Of a DNA stretch of 64,000 nucleotides, positions 22,370 to 35,508 are shown piece after piece. The DNA is from the human T2T-CHM13v2.0 reference genome, Homo sapiens. The notes below the pieces were generated by a model. It did no database searches and had not been told where the DNA came from. It saw nothing but the letters and a program-made list of their open reading frames with translations. Both the position numbers and the translations under genes were made by a program. Every line of letters begins with the position of its first letter. Position 1 is the first letter of the stretch. The stretch lies in assembly GCF_009914755.1 (NCBI RefSeq), contig NC_060940.1. One strand, given 5' to 3'.

Positions 22370-23403
22370 CTTTGTGATTTTATCTACTTTTGGTCTTTGA
22401 TGATGGTGATGTACAGATGGGTTTTTGGTGTGGATGTCCTTTCTGTTTGTTAGCTTTCCTTCTAACAGACAGGACCCTCAGCTGCAGGTCTGTTGGAGTT
22501 TGCTAGAGGTCCACTCCAGACCCTGTTTGCCTGGGTATCAGCAGCGGTGGCTGCAGAACAGCGGATTTTCGTGAACTGCGAATGCTGCTGTCTGATTGTT
22601 CCTCTGGAAGTTTTGTCTCAGAGGAGTACCTGGCTGTGTGAGGTGTCAGTCTGGCCCTATTGGGGGGTGCCTCCCAGTTAGGGTGCTCGGGGGTCAGGGG
22701 TCAGGGACCTACTTGAGGAGGCAGTCTGCCCATTCTCAGATCTCCAGCTGCGTGCTGGAAGAACCACTGCTCTCTTCAAAGCTGTCAGACAGGGACATTT
22801 AAGTCTGCAGAGGTTACTGCTGTCTTTTTGTTTGTCTGTGCCCTGCCCCCAGAGGTGGAGCCTAGAGAGGCAGGCAGGCCTCCTTGAGCTGTGGTGGGCT
22901 CCACCCAGTTGGAGCTTCCCAGCTGCTTTGTTTACCTAAGCAAGCCTGGGCAATGGTGGGTGCCCCTCCCCCAGCCTCACTGCCGCCTTGCAGTTTGATC
23001 TCAGACTGCTGTGCTAGCAATCAGCAAGAGTCCGTGGGCGTAGGACCCTCCGAGCCATGTGTGGGATATAATCTCCTGGTGCGCCGTTTTTTAAGCCCGT
23101 TGGAAAAGCGCAGTATTAGGGTGGGAGTGACCCGATTTTCCAGGTGCCGTGTGTCACCCCTTTCTTTGACTAGGAAAGGGAACTCCATGATCCCTTGCAC
23201 TTCCCGTGTGAGGCAATGCCTCACCCCGCTTTGGGTCACACACGGTGTGCTGCATCCACTGTCGTGCGTCCACTGTCTGGCACTCCCTAGTGAGATGAAC
23301 CCAGTACCTCAGATGGAAATGCAGAAATCACCTATCTTCTGCATCACTCATGCTGGGAGCTGTAGACCAGAGCTGTTCCTATTTGGCCATCTTGGCTGCC
23401 AAA
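22370..23403 (-). promoter_or_regulatory. L1 5'UTR internal sense/antisense promoter with intact YY1 site
   Basis: ~1030-bp UTR; AAGATGGCC at 23385-23393 (minus). Confidence 0.8.
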
Positions 23404-23480
23404 CTAATTTTTGTATTTTTTGTAGAGATGCAATTTCGCCATGTTGGCCAGGCTGGTCTCAAACTCCTGACCTCAAGTGA
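22953..23480 (+). CDS. ORF0: L1 antisense ORF0-like frame extended to 175 aa into the flanking Alu; expression unknown
   Basis: gcaATGg start; [24 protein letters not shown] matches the ORF0 N-terminus; no stop until 23478-23480. Confidence 0.5.
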   Translation: MVGAPPPASLPPCSLISDCCASNQQESVGVGPSEPCVGYNLLVRRFLSPLEKRSIRVGVTRFSRCRVSPLSLTRKGNSMIPCTSRVRQCLTPLWVTHGVLHPLSCVHCLALPSEMNPVPQMEMQKSPIFCITHAGSCRPELFLFGHLGCQTNFCIFCRDAISPCWPGWSQTPDLK

Positions 23481-24182
23481 TCCACCTGCCTTGGCCTCCC
23501 AAAGTGCTGGGATTACAGGCATGAACCACCCTGTCCAGCCCCCATTCCCAATTTGTGATCACCAAAAATGTCCACAGACATTGTCAGATGCTCCTTGGGG
23601 AGCAAAATGGTTCCCAGTTGAGAAGCTCTGTGTTAGAGAGATTCCAACAGCAGCTGCAAAAACTCAGATGCAAGAAGTTGGTGCCTGCACTCAGCTGAGT
23701 GCAGTCAGTGGGCTGTGGGGAGCTGGGAGAATAGGTAACCCATCATGCTCACTGTTGCTCCTCTCTGCTGCCTTGCCCTGTGGGGATTCATGCCTGGATG
23801 CTTGGAGAGCATGGTTGGGCTGACCAAGAATCCTTATTGAATGTGACAAGTTGCCCCATTGGGCCCCTGCTTCTTAGCCCAAGGATGAAAGTCACTCTTT
23901 GTGGCAGCTTTTCCCTTTGGGTCAGACTCCTTTGCCTGACTGACCAATTCCTTTCATGCTGGCAGGAAGGACTTCCTTCTATCTAAGCCACAGTAGCTAA
24001 GTGTTGCCTGGTTCCATGCAATAGAAACTGACTCTGATTAAGTAAGGAAAATAAATTCGTGATTGTTAGGATAACAGGTGCTCTCACTGAATGAGAGAGG
24101 AGTTTGCATAGGAAGGAAAATACTAATAGAGTTTTGGAAGCTTAGCAGCAGATGGAATTCATGATCTACCTCTCTTAAAAAA

Positions 24183-24472
24183 ATTTTTTTTAGAGACACG
24201 GTTTTACTCCATCACCCAGACCAGAATCTAGTGGCACCATCATAGCTCTCTGTATCCTTGACCTCCTGGGCTCAAGCAATCCCGCTGCCTCAGCCTTCCA
24301 AGTAGCTAATGCCACCATGCCACCATGCCTGGCTAATTTTTAATTTGCTTTTTGTAGAGACAGGGTCTCGCTCTGTTGCCCAAGCTGGTCTTGAACTCTT
24401 GGCCTCAAGCAATCCTCCTACCTCGGCCTCCCGAAGTTCTGGGATTAGAGGCGTGAGCCACGGCCCCCAGCC
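24183..24472 (-). mobile_element. AluJ
   Basis: Diverged dimer with gggctcaagcaatcc. Confidence 0.9.
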
Positions 24473-25070
24473 CCTACCTTTCTTGAGTTCTACCATTAAT
24501 GTGTCTCACTTTCCAATCTCGGATTCCAAGTTTCAAATTCCTGGGGGAGAGAATCCTATTGCTTGGGCTCCATAGATCAACCCACTGAGACCATGGGGAG
24601 AGACTTGCCCAAGGTCACACAGCCTGAATAGCAGAGCTGGGCTGCCTCTCTCGACTTTCAGGACTGTTCTTTTTCCATGATAGTTTTTGGGGAGATGGAA
24701 TTGTCTAGTTAGAGAGTTACCTGAGAGCCAATATAGTAAGAAAAGTTCCTCGCCAGGCAACTGAAATGACACAGGAACTGAAAACTGTGGACAAACTCGG
24801 GCTGTTTTTTCTAGTAGGTATCAGGCATCAAGATGTTTTTAGATAACTAGAGATGACATTTACTTTGACATATTGAAAAATAGTTATGACAGAGTTTTGA
24901 GAGGCATTATTGTGAACCATAGTAGTGTGAGGTCTTAAAAAGCCCCTTCTTCATTTTTTAGCTGTTTCTAATTTCCACCTAAATTGTCTCAGATCCTTTG
25001 CTAATTGCCAAGCCTGATTGAATTTCCAGTTCCTTATTCCTTTCCTGGGACCACTTTAGGCTCTGACTGA

Positions 25071-25421
<351 letters not shown>

Positions 25422-25693
25422 CCTTATTTAGTTTAAATTCAGCAATCAATTCACATTTACTATATAAAAATTCAAAACACAGATATGCCAATTAAAATTT
25501 AAAAAATCACCCATAAGCTGACCATCTAGAAAAAACTGTACATTTCTCTATTCCGCATCCTTCTAGATTATTTTTCTTATCAGTTTATACTTATGCAAAG
25601 TGGTATTATACTTCATCTTCTGTTTTGTTACTGACTTTATTCATTTAGTTATTAAAACTCCTTAAATATGTGTTGATTACATTGTTTACTTAA

Positions 25694-25995
25694 TTTTTTT
25701 CTTTTTATTTTTTTTAGACAAGGTCTTGCTCTGTTGCCCAGGCTGGAGTGCGGTGGTGCAATCTCGCTGACTGCAACCTCCGCCTCTCAGGTTCAAGTGA
25801 TCTTCCTGTTTCAGCCTCCTGAGTAGCTGAGACCATAGGCATGTACCACCATGCCCGCTAACTTTTTGTATTTTTAGTAGAGACAGAGTTTTGCCATGTT
25901 GGCCAGGCTGGTCTCGAACTCCTAGGCACAAGTGATCCACGTGCCTCAGCCTCCCATGTTGCTGGGATTATAGGCGTGAGCCATTGCGCCTGGCC
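25694..25995 (-). mobile_element. Alu (S/J) within an old L1M fragment
   Basis: Full dimer. Confidence 0.9.
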
Positions 25996-26283
25996 AATTA
26001 CACTTTTTAATAGCTTCAAAGCATTCCATTCCCTGGTTATGCCATGATTGATTGAACATATCCATTATTCATTTTTGAGAGAACTTTTTTGTTTCTGTGT
26101 TGTTGATGGAGTGATGTTATATAGCTGCAGAATAAATCAAACCATGACTAATATTTCATAATTTCATGAATTTATTTCATTTTGGATAGTTACCCAATTT
26201 TTTTTGGTCCTTTCTGATTTTAGAATATTTTGTTATGACATTCCTTTGTGACACTGGGGAGAAAATGTACTTTTTTCCCAGGT

Positions 26284-26455
26284 CAGAGGTGTCCAGTCTT
26301 TTGGCTTTCCTGGGCCACATTGGAAGAAGAAGAATTGTCTTGGGCCACACATAGAATACGCTAACACCGACGACAGCTGATGAGCTAAGAAAGTTGATGA
26401 ATTTATGTTGAGCCCCATTCAAAGCTGTCTTGGGCCACAGGTTGGATAACCTTGC
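26284..26455. mobile_element. MER30 (hAT-Charlie), internally shortened
   Basis: gtgtccagtcttttggctttcctgggccacattggaagaagaagaattgtcttgggccacac. Confidence 0.85.
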
Positions 26456-27484
26456 CCTAGTTTCTCTCTATGCCTTTGAGCTGCCATTCAGACTCCTTTG
26501 AAAGATGGATTATCTTATATATACCTATGTATTTTCTGATGCCCACTCTCCCCATTTGACTACCTGTGGAGTTGAAAACAAGTCCGCCTACTCTAATCAA
26601 ATCATGATGCTCTGTCCGGGGTCACATTTTGTAACCGACAAAACAGTGCATGAGGAGTTCCGGTTTTCTCGTATCACAAGATTTTATTGAGCAGCTACTA
26701 TGTGCCAGGCAGTGTGCTAGGCTTTGGAGACTTGTACAAATTATCCTGGGGTATCTCAGCAGGGAAGTCCTTATTTGTTTATTAATTTTTCCTGACGGTC
26801 AGGTCCAGTTAGTCTCACTCTAAACCTGGGGCTTGGAATAGAGGGACCTGAGACACCACATTAGCTGCATGACATTGGGTGACTAGATTACATTCTTTGT
26901 ATCCATTTTCATATTGATAAAGTTAAATCGGCTCAGAGTGAGGGTTATAACTCTAGCATATATAGAGGCCACAGCATATAGTGTTATATGCTGTACAAAA
27001 GACACAACACACAGTAAATGATTCAATAAGCAATGGCCATCTTTATTATTTACGTTGTTATCATATTCTGCTGAAAGGCTTATGTATCAAGTACAAGAAA
27101 ATGTATAACCCAGTCATTTGTTTTTTATCCAAGGCAGCTGATGAAGAAGACACTTATTAGCCCAAAGAGTGAACAGGGTGAGAGGAGGAGGTTATTGGCT
27201 GCTTCTCTGCAGTTAATTTAGCCATCATTTCAGAATGGAGCTGGTATGCTTTGAGTGTGAAAGAAACCTGCTGCTTGTTGATGATTAGTCTGGTTTTAAT
27301 GAGTTATCAGGTGTCAATAACAGCAGAAGTGCACTAACTTTTCACAGCCATCAGAGGATGTTCAGGATGTTCACTGGGTTCTCACTTTTCAGGGTTTTCT
27401 GTGGGTGTTAGAGGTTGGGCTGAGGAGGGCCTGATAGGACATATCTATCTCTGCAAGTCTTAGGCAAAGAAGCTTTCGTGATGA

Positions 27485-27848
27485 TGTATTAGGCTGTTCT
27501 TGCATTGCTGTAATGAAATAGCTGAGACTGGGTAATTTATAAGAGAAGAGGTTTATTTGGCTTACGGTTCTGCAGGCTGTACTGGAAGCATAGCTCCAGC
27601 ATCAGCTTCTAGGGAGGCCTCAAGCTTGTAATCATGGTGGAAGGCAAGGGGGAGGAGGCATATCAGTAGGTGGGGAGGTGCCACATACTTGTAAATGATC
27701 ATGTGTCGTGTAAACTCACTCACTATCACAAGAACAGCACCAAAGGGATAGTGCTAAACCATTCATGAGAGATCCGCCCCCATGATCCCAATACCTCCCA
27801 GGAGGCCCCACCTCCAACAGTGGGGATTAAGTGAGAGTTGGGTGGGGC
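27485..27848 (-). mobile_element. MSTA/B LTR
   Basis: tgtattaggctgttcttgcattgct...gagactgggtaattt...ccccacctccaaca. Confidence 0.85.
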
Positions 27849-27878
27849 TCCTTGCTCCTCTTCCCAGTTAATCCTTAA

Positions 27879-28238
<360 letters not shown>

Positions 28239-28653
28239 CCACTGAACTACTTTCTATCCCAATACATTAGATTTTTCTTTCTAGGAGTTTCATATGAATG
28301 AAATCATACAGTATGTGCTCCTGGCTTCTTTTGCTTAGAATAATGCTTTGGTTATTCATCTGTGCTATTTATTGTGTGTATCAGTCATGTTTTTCTATTT
28401 TCTCACCTTGAGAAGTATTCTGTTTTATAGTACAAAACAATGAGTATGTCCATTCACCTTGAGGAAGATTTTATTTGAAGAAATCTTTGTCATCAAAAAG
28501 CTTGAAAACCAGGGCTCTACCTTGATTTCATAGTCTTGAGAATGATGGAGAACTCAATTTATACCATGATTTTCATTGAGAAAGCAGGTTGCATGTTAAG
28601 AGATTAGGTGATAGGATGACTGAAAGGTATTTGTGATCTTATGAAAGGTACAA

Positions 28654-28828
28654 TGTGGCAGGCAGCCTCTATGAGGGACCCCAGTGATCCCTGTCTCCTG
28701 GTATTCATGCCTTTGTGTAATACCCTCCCCTTAGCATGGGCTGGACTTACTGACTCACTTGTAGTGAATGCAATATGGCTGTCCTGATGGGCTGTCACTT
28801 CTGAAATTAGCTTATGAAAAAACCGATT
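28654..28828 (+). mobile_element. MLT1E/F LTR 5' fragment
   Basis: tgtggcaggcagcctcta...ccccagtgatccctgtctcctggtattcatgcc. Confidence 0.75.
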
Positions 28829-28829
28829 A

Positions 28830-28906
28830 CAGGTATATCTCATTTTATTGCACTTAGCTTTATTGTGCTTTGCAGTTATTACATTTTTTACAAATAAAAG
28901 GTTTGT
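28830..28906 (+). mobile_element. Tigger1 terminal fragment
   Basis: TA followed by caggtatatctcattttattgcac...ttttttacaaat..aaggtttgtg. Confidence 0.75.
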
Positions 28907-29079
28907 GTCCCTCAGTCAAACAAAAATGCAATGGGTTTCTTTCTAGTCCCCCACCTCAATTTTAGAAATTAAAAAATTTTCCAAACACAGTGAGTAGTAG
29001 TCTATATCTGAAGGGTGAATGAAGCAATGAGTGACCAAGTTGCCCACTTAAGGAGGCACTTCACAACAATAAACAAAGA

Positions 29080-29285
29080 GCCTGCTCTTTGGTCTCAGAC
29101 CTGGGTTTGAGTTCTAACTCTGCTACTCCTTGACTGTGAGATCCTGGCCATGTGACTTACCTTCTCTGAGCTTCTATTTTCTCATCTGTGAAATGGGGAC
29201 AATAATTCTTACATCAGTGCATTAAGTGAGAGAATCTAGACAGCACAGTACCTAACACAACACAATGACTCAATTTATTATTGTT
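29080..29285 (+). mobile_element. MIR
   Basis: agacctgggtttgagttct...ttctcatctgtgaaatgggga. Confidence 0.75.
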
Positions 29286-29639
29286 GTTGTTGCTTCATTC
29301 TTATTTGTAAACACTCAACTGTCTTCACAAACTTCAGGAGCTCTTCAATGAGACACTGTGTCCATTAACAGTCTCATCCAATGGGTAATCTTGAAGATAG
29401 ATGATTCTATGGTAGGTTCTGAAACATCTCCTCTTTTACTCTATCATGGTGTCAAAGACCAGGATGGTACAGAGGTCCAGGAGTCTGGCCTATGCAGTCA
29501 GAGAAACTGATTTGAACTCTACCTCTTCCACTTATTAACCAAGGGGCTTTGGGAAAATTGTGAGCATCACCAGGCTCATGGTGAAGATGGGGTTAATAAT
29601 AGCTCCAACCTTATGGCCTTAATTGAGATAATTAATGCA

Positions 29640-29992
29640 TATAAAAATGAAACCATGTCTTTTGCAGCAACATGGATAGAACTGAAGGCCATTATCCTAT
29701 GTGAAATAACTCAGAAACAGGAAGTCAAATACTGCATGTGGTCATTTATAAGTGGGAGCTAAACAATGGGTACACACAGACATACAGAGTAAAATAACAG
29801 ACACTGGAGTCTACAAAAGGTGGGAAGGTAGGAGGGGAGTGAGGGTTGAAAAATTATCTCTTGGGTACAATGTTCGCTGTTTGGGTGATGGATACAGTAG
29901 AAACCTAGATCTCATCATAATGAAATGTATGCGGTTAAGAAATCTGCACCTATATCCCCTAAATATATACAACTTTTAAAAAATTAAAAAAA
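29640..29992 (+). mobile_element. L1MA-type 3' end inserted in a MIR
   Basis: atgtcttttgcagcaacatggat...ctgcacctatatcccctaaat plus A-rich tail. Confidence 0.8.
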
Positions 29993-31068
29993 TGATTAAT
30001 GTGGGCCAGCACACAGTGATCACTCAACAAATGCAAACTCTTATTCTTGTAGGAGTTGAGGGAAGATGCCAAGACCACCCCTTCTCCAACTTTTAATGTC
30101 CTGGTATTTTGTCTTAAACATTTGGAAGCATCTGCAGGCAGGGATTTTGTCCTCCTGTCTCCCTTCCGATGGCACTGGCCTGTTTGGATCAGTGGAAGGC
30201 TCTCCTGCCCCTCCTCCTTTCTTCCCAGAGGTTTTCTTTTGCACTTTGGACTTCTATTCATGGATCCTTCTGCCAGGGACGTGGACCAAGAATTCTTCCT
30301 CTTTTGCAGATTTCTTCCCCTAATTGTCCTGTTTTGTGCTGTCACCCCTGTGCTCTCCCTCCTCCCCAGTTATCAGCAGCTGGCAGGAAATGTTTATAGA
30401 AGAAGCCTTTCTTTCTGTTTTTAATAGCCTCCTAGGCTGCAACCTCCCAAATGAGAACCTTGTTAACCAGAAGGACTGTAGGCTACTGATTTATATTTCA
30501 GTCATACCGAGAGGAGGAAAAATTACAAAGGGAGAAAGAAAAATGCCAATGTACACATGGACTAGTTCCGACATCTTCTCTGATAAAGAATGTATATATC
30601 TATTCAGGCTCTGGATGCTAAGGGATTCCTTCCAGATCTCAGTATTTGACCTCTTACTTTTGGGTCACGTGGATTCTTCGTGCCTCTTGTGGGCTTGCTG
30701 AAAGCAAAAGTAACAATTTCATACTCTTGCCATTGAAACAAGGGGTCTATTACTTTTAAATCATAAGGGCACTTGTTTCAACAGAAATGTTAGTATCTTG
30801 GTGAAGATGGGGTCTAAGTTCTTGGTGGCTTCTGAGGATGGCGAAGGGCTCACCTTCTGTCATCCCGAACCATCACTGATGGGACAGTGTCTCTCCATGT
30901 GTAGCTATGCAAAGGCCACAGAACAAATGGGTAAAAATATTTGGTGGTCAGAATTCTAGCTCAATAGTCAAGGAAGGCTTCCTGGAGGAGAAAGTTCATT
31001 TTGAACTGGGCTTTAAAAGTTGGTGTCACAGAAAATGCAAGCTGTCCCTCAGAATTAAGACTAGAGTT

Positions 31069-31569
31069 CTGTGAAATAGTGATTGCAAAAATGGCCACAA
31101 TTATTCTCCTCTCTATAGGCACACCCCTTTGCAATGTGACATTGTAGCTTCTCCTATTAGAGTCTATTTCCCCACCCTTGAATCCAGGCCAGTCTTGTGA
31201 CTTGCTTTGGCTAATACAGTGTGATGGAGGTGACAGTGTGCCAGTTCTGAGCCTAAATCTCAAGATAACTTGCACACTTCCACTCAATCTCTTGGAATCC
31301 TGCCCAACCACCATGTGAACCAGCCCCAGCTAGCCTTTGGGAGGATGGGATGCCACATGGAGAGGAGACAGCCCAGGTAAGGACCAGTCAGCACCCGACC
31401 AACCAGGCAGCTAACTGCTGGTACCTGAGATGGGCCCAATCAAGAGCACTACATTTGCCCAGATAGACCCAGCGCACATTGCCAGCCTGCAGAATCATGT
31501 GCTAAATGAATGCTTATTGTTTAAAGCTGCCGAATAGTGGTTTGTGATTTAGCAAAACTAACTAGTACA
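31069..31569 (+). mobile_element. MLT1F/G LTR
   Basis: gattgcaaaaatggccacaatt...cccctttgcaatgtgac...aactagtaca. Confidence 0.7.
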
Positions 31570-31935
31570 GTTTCCTATGCAGCTGAGTGTATCCATGTGA
31601 CTAAGTTTCTACATACAAAAACGGTGTGTGTAATTTCTGGGGAATTTCCTTCCAGGGAGAAGGTATGCTCTTCTTCCACTTTTTTTCCTTTATATTGCCT
31701 GGAATGGGTATGTAATAGCTGGAGCTCCAGCAGCCATCTTGGATCATGAAGTAAGTTTAGGAATGGAAGACACTCCTGGCAGAGCAATAAGCTGGGAGGG
31801 TCTTGTTCCTGTAAAACCACTGATTACCTTTCCAGTTCTATTCTGGTACTTCTAAATTTACTAAACAGAAGTTAATAAACTTTTGTTTAGGTCATTGTTT
31901 TGAGTTTTGCAGTTACTCATAGCTGAACCTATTGC
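31570..31935 (+). mobile_element. MLT1 (I/J-like) fragment
   Basis: catgtgactaagtttct...gctggagctccagcagccatcttgg. Confidence 0.55.
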
Positions 31936-32569
31936 AAAAGAATACAGATGGTCAGGATTTAAACAAGCAGGGATGGCAGAGAAGGGCATCCATGACATAG
32001 GGAATATAACACTAATGTTGCAGAGAAAGAAAAAGTGTGGGTAATGGGTGGGCAATGGTGAATAACTACATATGCCTAAGGGGAGCAGTGGGTGATCAAA
32101 TTGGGAACCATTTGGGACCAGCTTTTGAAAGGCAGACTGAGAAGTTTGGAGAGGGTGGTAGACAAAAATGTGTGAGTACTTATGCAAATCAGAGTAAGAA
32201 AGTCATATATTCATTTTTCCCCCACTCATTGATTCATTTCTTCTAGGAAGTTTACACTGTGTATGAGGGAAACATAGCAAAATAGAAAGATGATTATTGA
32301 TTGTTATGCATGGTCTGAACTAAATAAACTCTGTGATGTGGCAGAGATTAACTGTTGGGCGGAGATGGCTACTTTAGGCACAGTAGTCAGAATTTTTTGT
32401 TTTCTAGAAATTCTGTTAGGCCCTGTGCAGAAGTCTAGGAACACAGGGATGAATAACACACACTTCCTGTCATTGAAGAGATCACAATCTGGTGTGGAAT
32501 GAGGTTAATCAGGAATATTTTCCTAGTGGAGGTAGAATAGAGCCAAAGGAAATAATGTAGTTTTCCCAT

Positions 32570-33012
32570 ATGTATCTGTCAGATATTGCTACAACAAGGT
32601 TGCATAACAAGCATCCCCCCAAATCTTGCTTACAACAAAAAAATATTTTTTCCTTCACAGGTCTGTGCATAGGCTGTGGTTCTGCTGGGCTCTGTTGGCT
32701 CGGCTTGACTCCACGCTGTGGGTTGGTCTGGGTCTGCTCTATATATCTTTTTATTCTGGGACCAATGGATCCCAAAGATTTGTACTTCTCAGGGTGGATG
32801 GCAGAAGTGCAAGGGGCCAAACCAGACCACAGAGGCACATATAATGCTTTGACTTGCATCACATGTACTAACACAATTGGCATTAGCAAGACTGATATCA
32901 GTGGGTCAGGATGTATGTTCCACTCACAGTGGGAAGATTGCAAAGGTGCAAAGATGTATAATTCTGTTAAGAGAGGGAATGAAGAGTCGGGAACAATATC
33001 CAGCTTACCATA
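32570..33012 (-). mobile_element. MLT1 (I/J-like) LTR
   Basis: tgtatctgtcagatattgct...cataacaagcatcccccc...tggatggcagaagtgcaag. Confidence 0.6.
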
Positions 33013-33159
33013 CCACCCAGCTTACTTACCATTCCTTACCATACAAGGAAATAATGTATTTCTCCATTTTTCAAGAACACTCATGTCTGAATAGTTTTAT
33101 TATTTTCTTCAACAAATCTTTTATCTTGTTAGATTTATTGCAACGAGCCATATTTCTCT

Positions 33160-33690
33160 TTTTTACAAAATTTATTTAGAAAGTTACATATGCACATATG
33201 GTAAAAAGTTCAAAAAGTGGTACCAAAAGATATAACAGTGAAAATAAGGCTGGTTCTTGTTTTTATCCACTGAGGCAAATACTGAGTTTATTTTCAAAGG
33301 TATTCTGTGTGGGCACAATCACGCTTGCATATGTTAAAAAATACAAAATGGTATCATACTTGTTCCTCTGCACTTTCTTTTTTTTCTATTTAACAACATA
33401 TCTTAGAGGTAGTCCTATTTCAATTTAGCTAGACCCATTTCATTCTGTTTAATGGCTACATTTGTTTTTCATTGTGAGACTGTGCCGTAATTTATTTAAT
33501 CAGTGCCATATTGAAAGACATTTGGATCGTTTCCCAGCATTTGCAACTATAATCAAGGTTACATTAAATATCCTGTTACATGCAGGAAGATACTTTATTC
33601 ACATGCATGGGTATATCAGTAGGTTAAAACTCAAATACAGAAACTGCCAGGTCAAGAGATACACATCTTAAAGTTTAATAGATATTGACC
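33160..33690 (-). mobile_element. Ancient L1ME-like 3' fragment
   Basis: ttaatggctaca...aatttatttaatcagt...gacatttggatcgtttccc. Confidence 0.6.
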
Positions 33691-35025
33691 CTGTTTCTAA
33701 AAAGAAAGATTCCTTCCAGCGTGTCTACACACATTTGTCTGCTCCTCTGTCTTCTGATTCTTGTCCCATGGTGTTATTTTAGGCTGAAATAATGGAATAT
33801 GGTGGCTCAAAAAACTTATTCCCATAGGATCTCTGGGAAAGCTTTGGGTCTTGCCACATGGTCCCCAGTTGAACACAGGAAGTACTTGGCACTGTTGTTG
33901 CAACCCAAATCATCACTTTAATGAGCGTGCTGGAGGAGCGTGGAATGTTTCCACAAGCATGTGTACTGAAGAATTCCATGCTGCAGGCGAAATGATTTAT
34001 ATCCCTGGGAGTTCCCAGTAAAAAAATGTGCACAGTACCCTTTAATTTGATCTGCTTTCCCTGTAGCACCTAAATATTTAGGGCAAATAGAAAATAGTTC
34101 TGATTTACATCTCTATAAAAATTTTAAACAACCTAACAAGACATTTGATCATGAAATTGCCTGAAATAATGTTGGCACTAGTCAGCCATATTTCTTCAAA
34201 ATGGCCTGTAACTTCAGTGCAAACTCCCAAACATGGATTTTTTTTTCCTGCTAATAACAGTCTTATTAATAAAAGAATGATTTTCTTTACTGATCCTCAG
34301 CAGCTGTGTTCCGGGTGTCTTTGTTCAATAAAGGTAGAGATAATAACTGTCAGTGGAAAGAAAATGTGCTGAGGTTCCCAGGAGAAGTGGTGGAAACAAA
34401 TCTTTTATTAAATCATATCAAATTGTGTTTCTCGTTTACTTTTTCCATTTTGTAAGTCACAGTCATATCTGCTAGTTTTTCGGAAACCTTGGCTCACATT
34501 TGTCAAAAAAACTTGGCTTGGCATTCTTGAGGTTAATGCTGCGTGATCAATCGGTGATAAATTTGACATAATTAACTGTTGTAATGGCATTTCTGAGTCT
34601 GTTTCTCTTCTTTACTCCTGCTGAAATCATCTGAGATTAGTTAACTTCTGAATATTTCTTCAGATGTGCTGTGGATGCCTAGAAAAAGAGTGGTAAGGAA
34701 GTGTCGTTGATATCTGGAGTTCTTATCTGTCCACAGGTTAATGATCTCTCTGAATAATAACACCCCTATTTCCCTAGGAGGATCCCTTCCCCTACTCTCA
34801 AGGCAGGTGGCTCAGATGGGCCTGATTTATTCCTGGTGCTAGGGGTGGGCAAAAGACCCAGACCTGACCAATCAAAAACATCAAATTGGGCCAACCAGAA
34901 CGAATTAGAATTCTGGGACCTTTGCTACAACTATTGGAAAAGATAATTTTTTTTTTGATTGGAATTCCTGAAAGAACAAGACATAAACCTGCTTCTGGTT
35001 ATCTTTGCTTTCCGGGGAAAGGTTT

Positions 35026-35508
35026 TTTTTAATGTTTATTTTTATTTTTTCTGAGACAGGGTCTCACTCTGTCACCCAGGCTGGAGTGCTGTAGTGCAAT
35101 CATGGCTCACGGCAACCTCGGACTCCTAGGCTGCAGAGATCCTCCTGCCTTAGCCCCCTGAGTGCTGGAGCTACAGGTATGTGCTACCATGCCTGGCTAA
35201 CTAAATTTTTTTTTCCTTTTTTGAGACAGGGTCTTGCTCTGTCACCTAGGCTGGAGTACAGGGGTATGATCGTAGCTCACTGCTCCCTCAACCTCCCATA
35301 CTCAAGCTATCCTCCCTCGTCAGCCTCTCAAGCAGTTGGGACCACAGGCATGTGACACCATGCCCAGCTATTTTTTTTTTTAATTTTCTCTAGAGATGGG
35401 GTCTCACTATGTTAGCCAGTCTAATCTCAAACTTTTGGGCTCAACTGATCCTCCCACTTAAGCCTCCCAAAGTGTTGGCATTACAGGCGTGAGCCACCAT
35501 GCCTGGCC
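35026..35508 (-). mobile_element. Alu right monomer plus full AluJ in tandem, within an old MLT1 (about 34740-35710)
   Basis: Two right arms (35050-35200, 35222-35370) and one left arm. Confidence 0.85.

Noticed and set aside
30056-30701. Overlapping 122-128-aa ORFs in non-repeat sequence
   Set aside because: Non-ATG or weak starts, no recognisable domain or exon structure; expected by chance.
32570-33094. 174-aa ORF
   Set aside because: Lies on an MLT1 LTR; no protein family resemblance.
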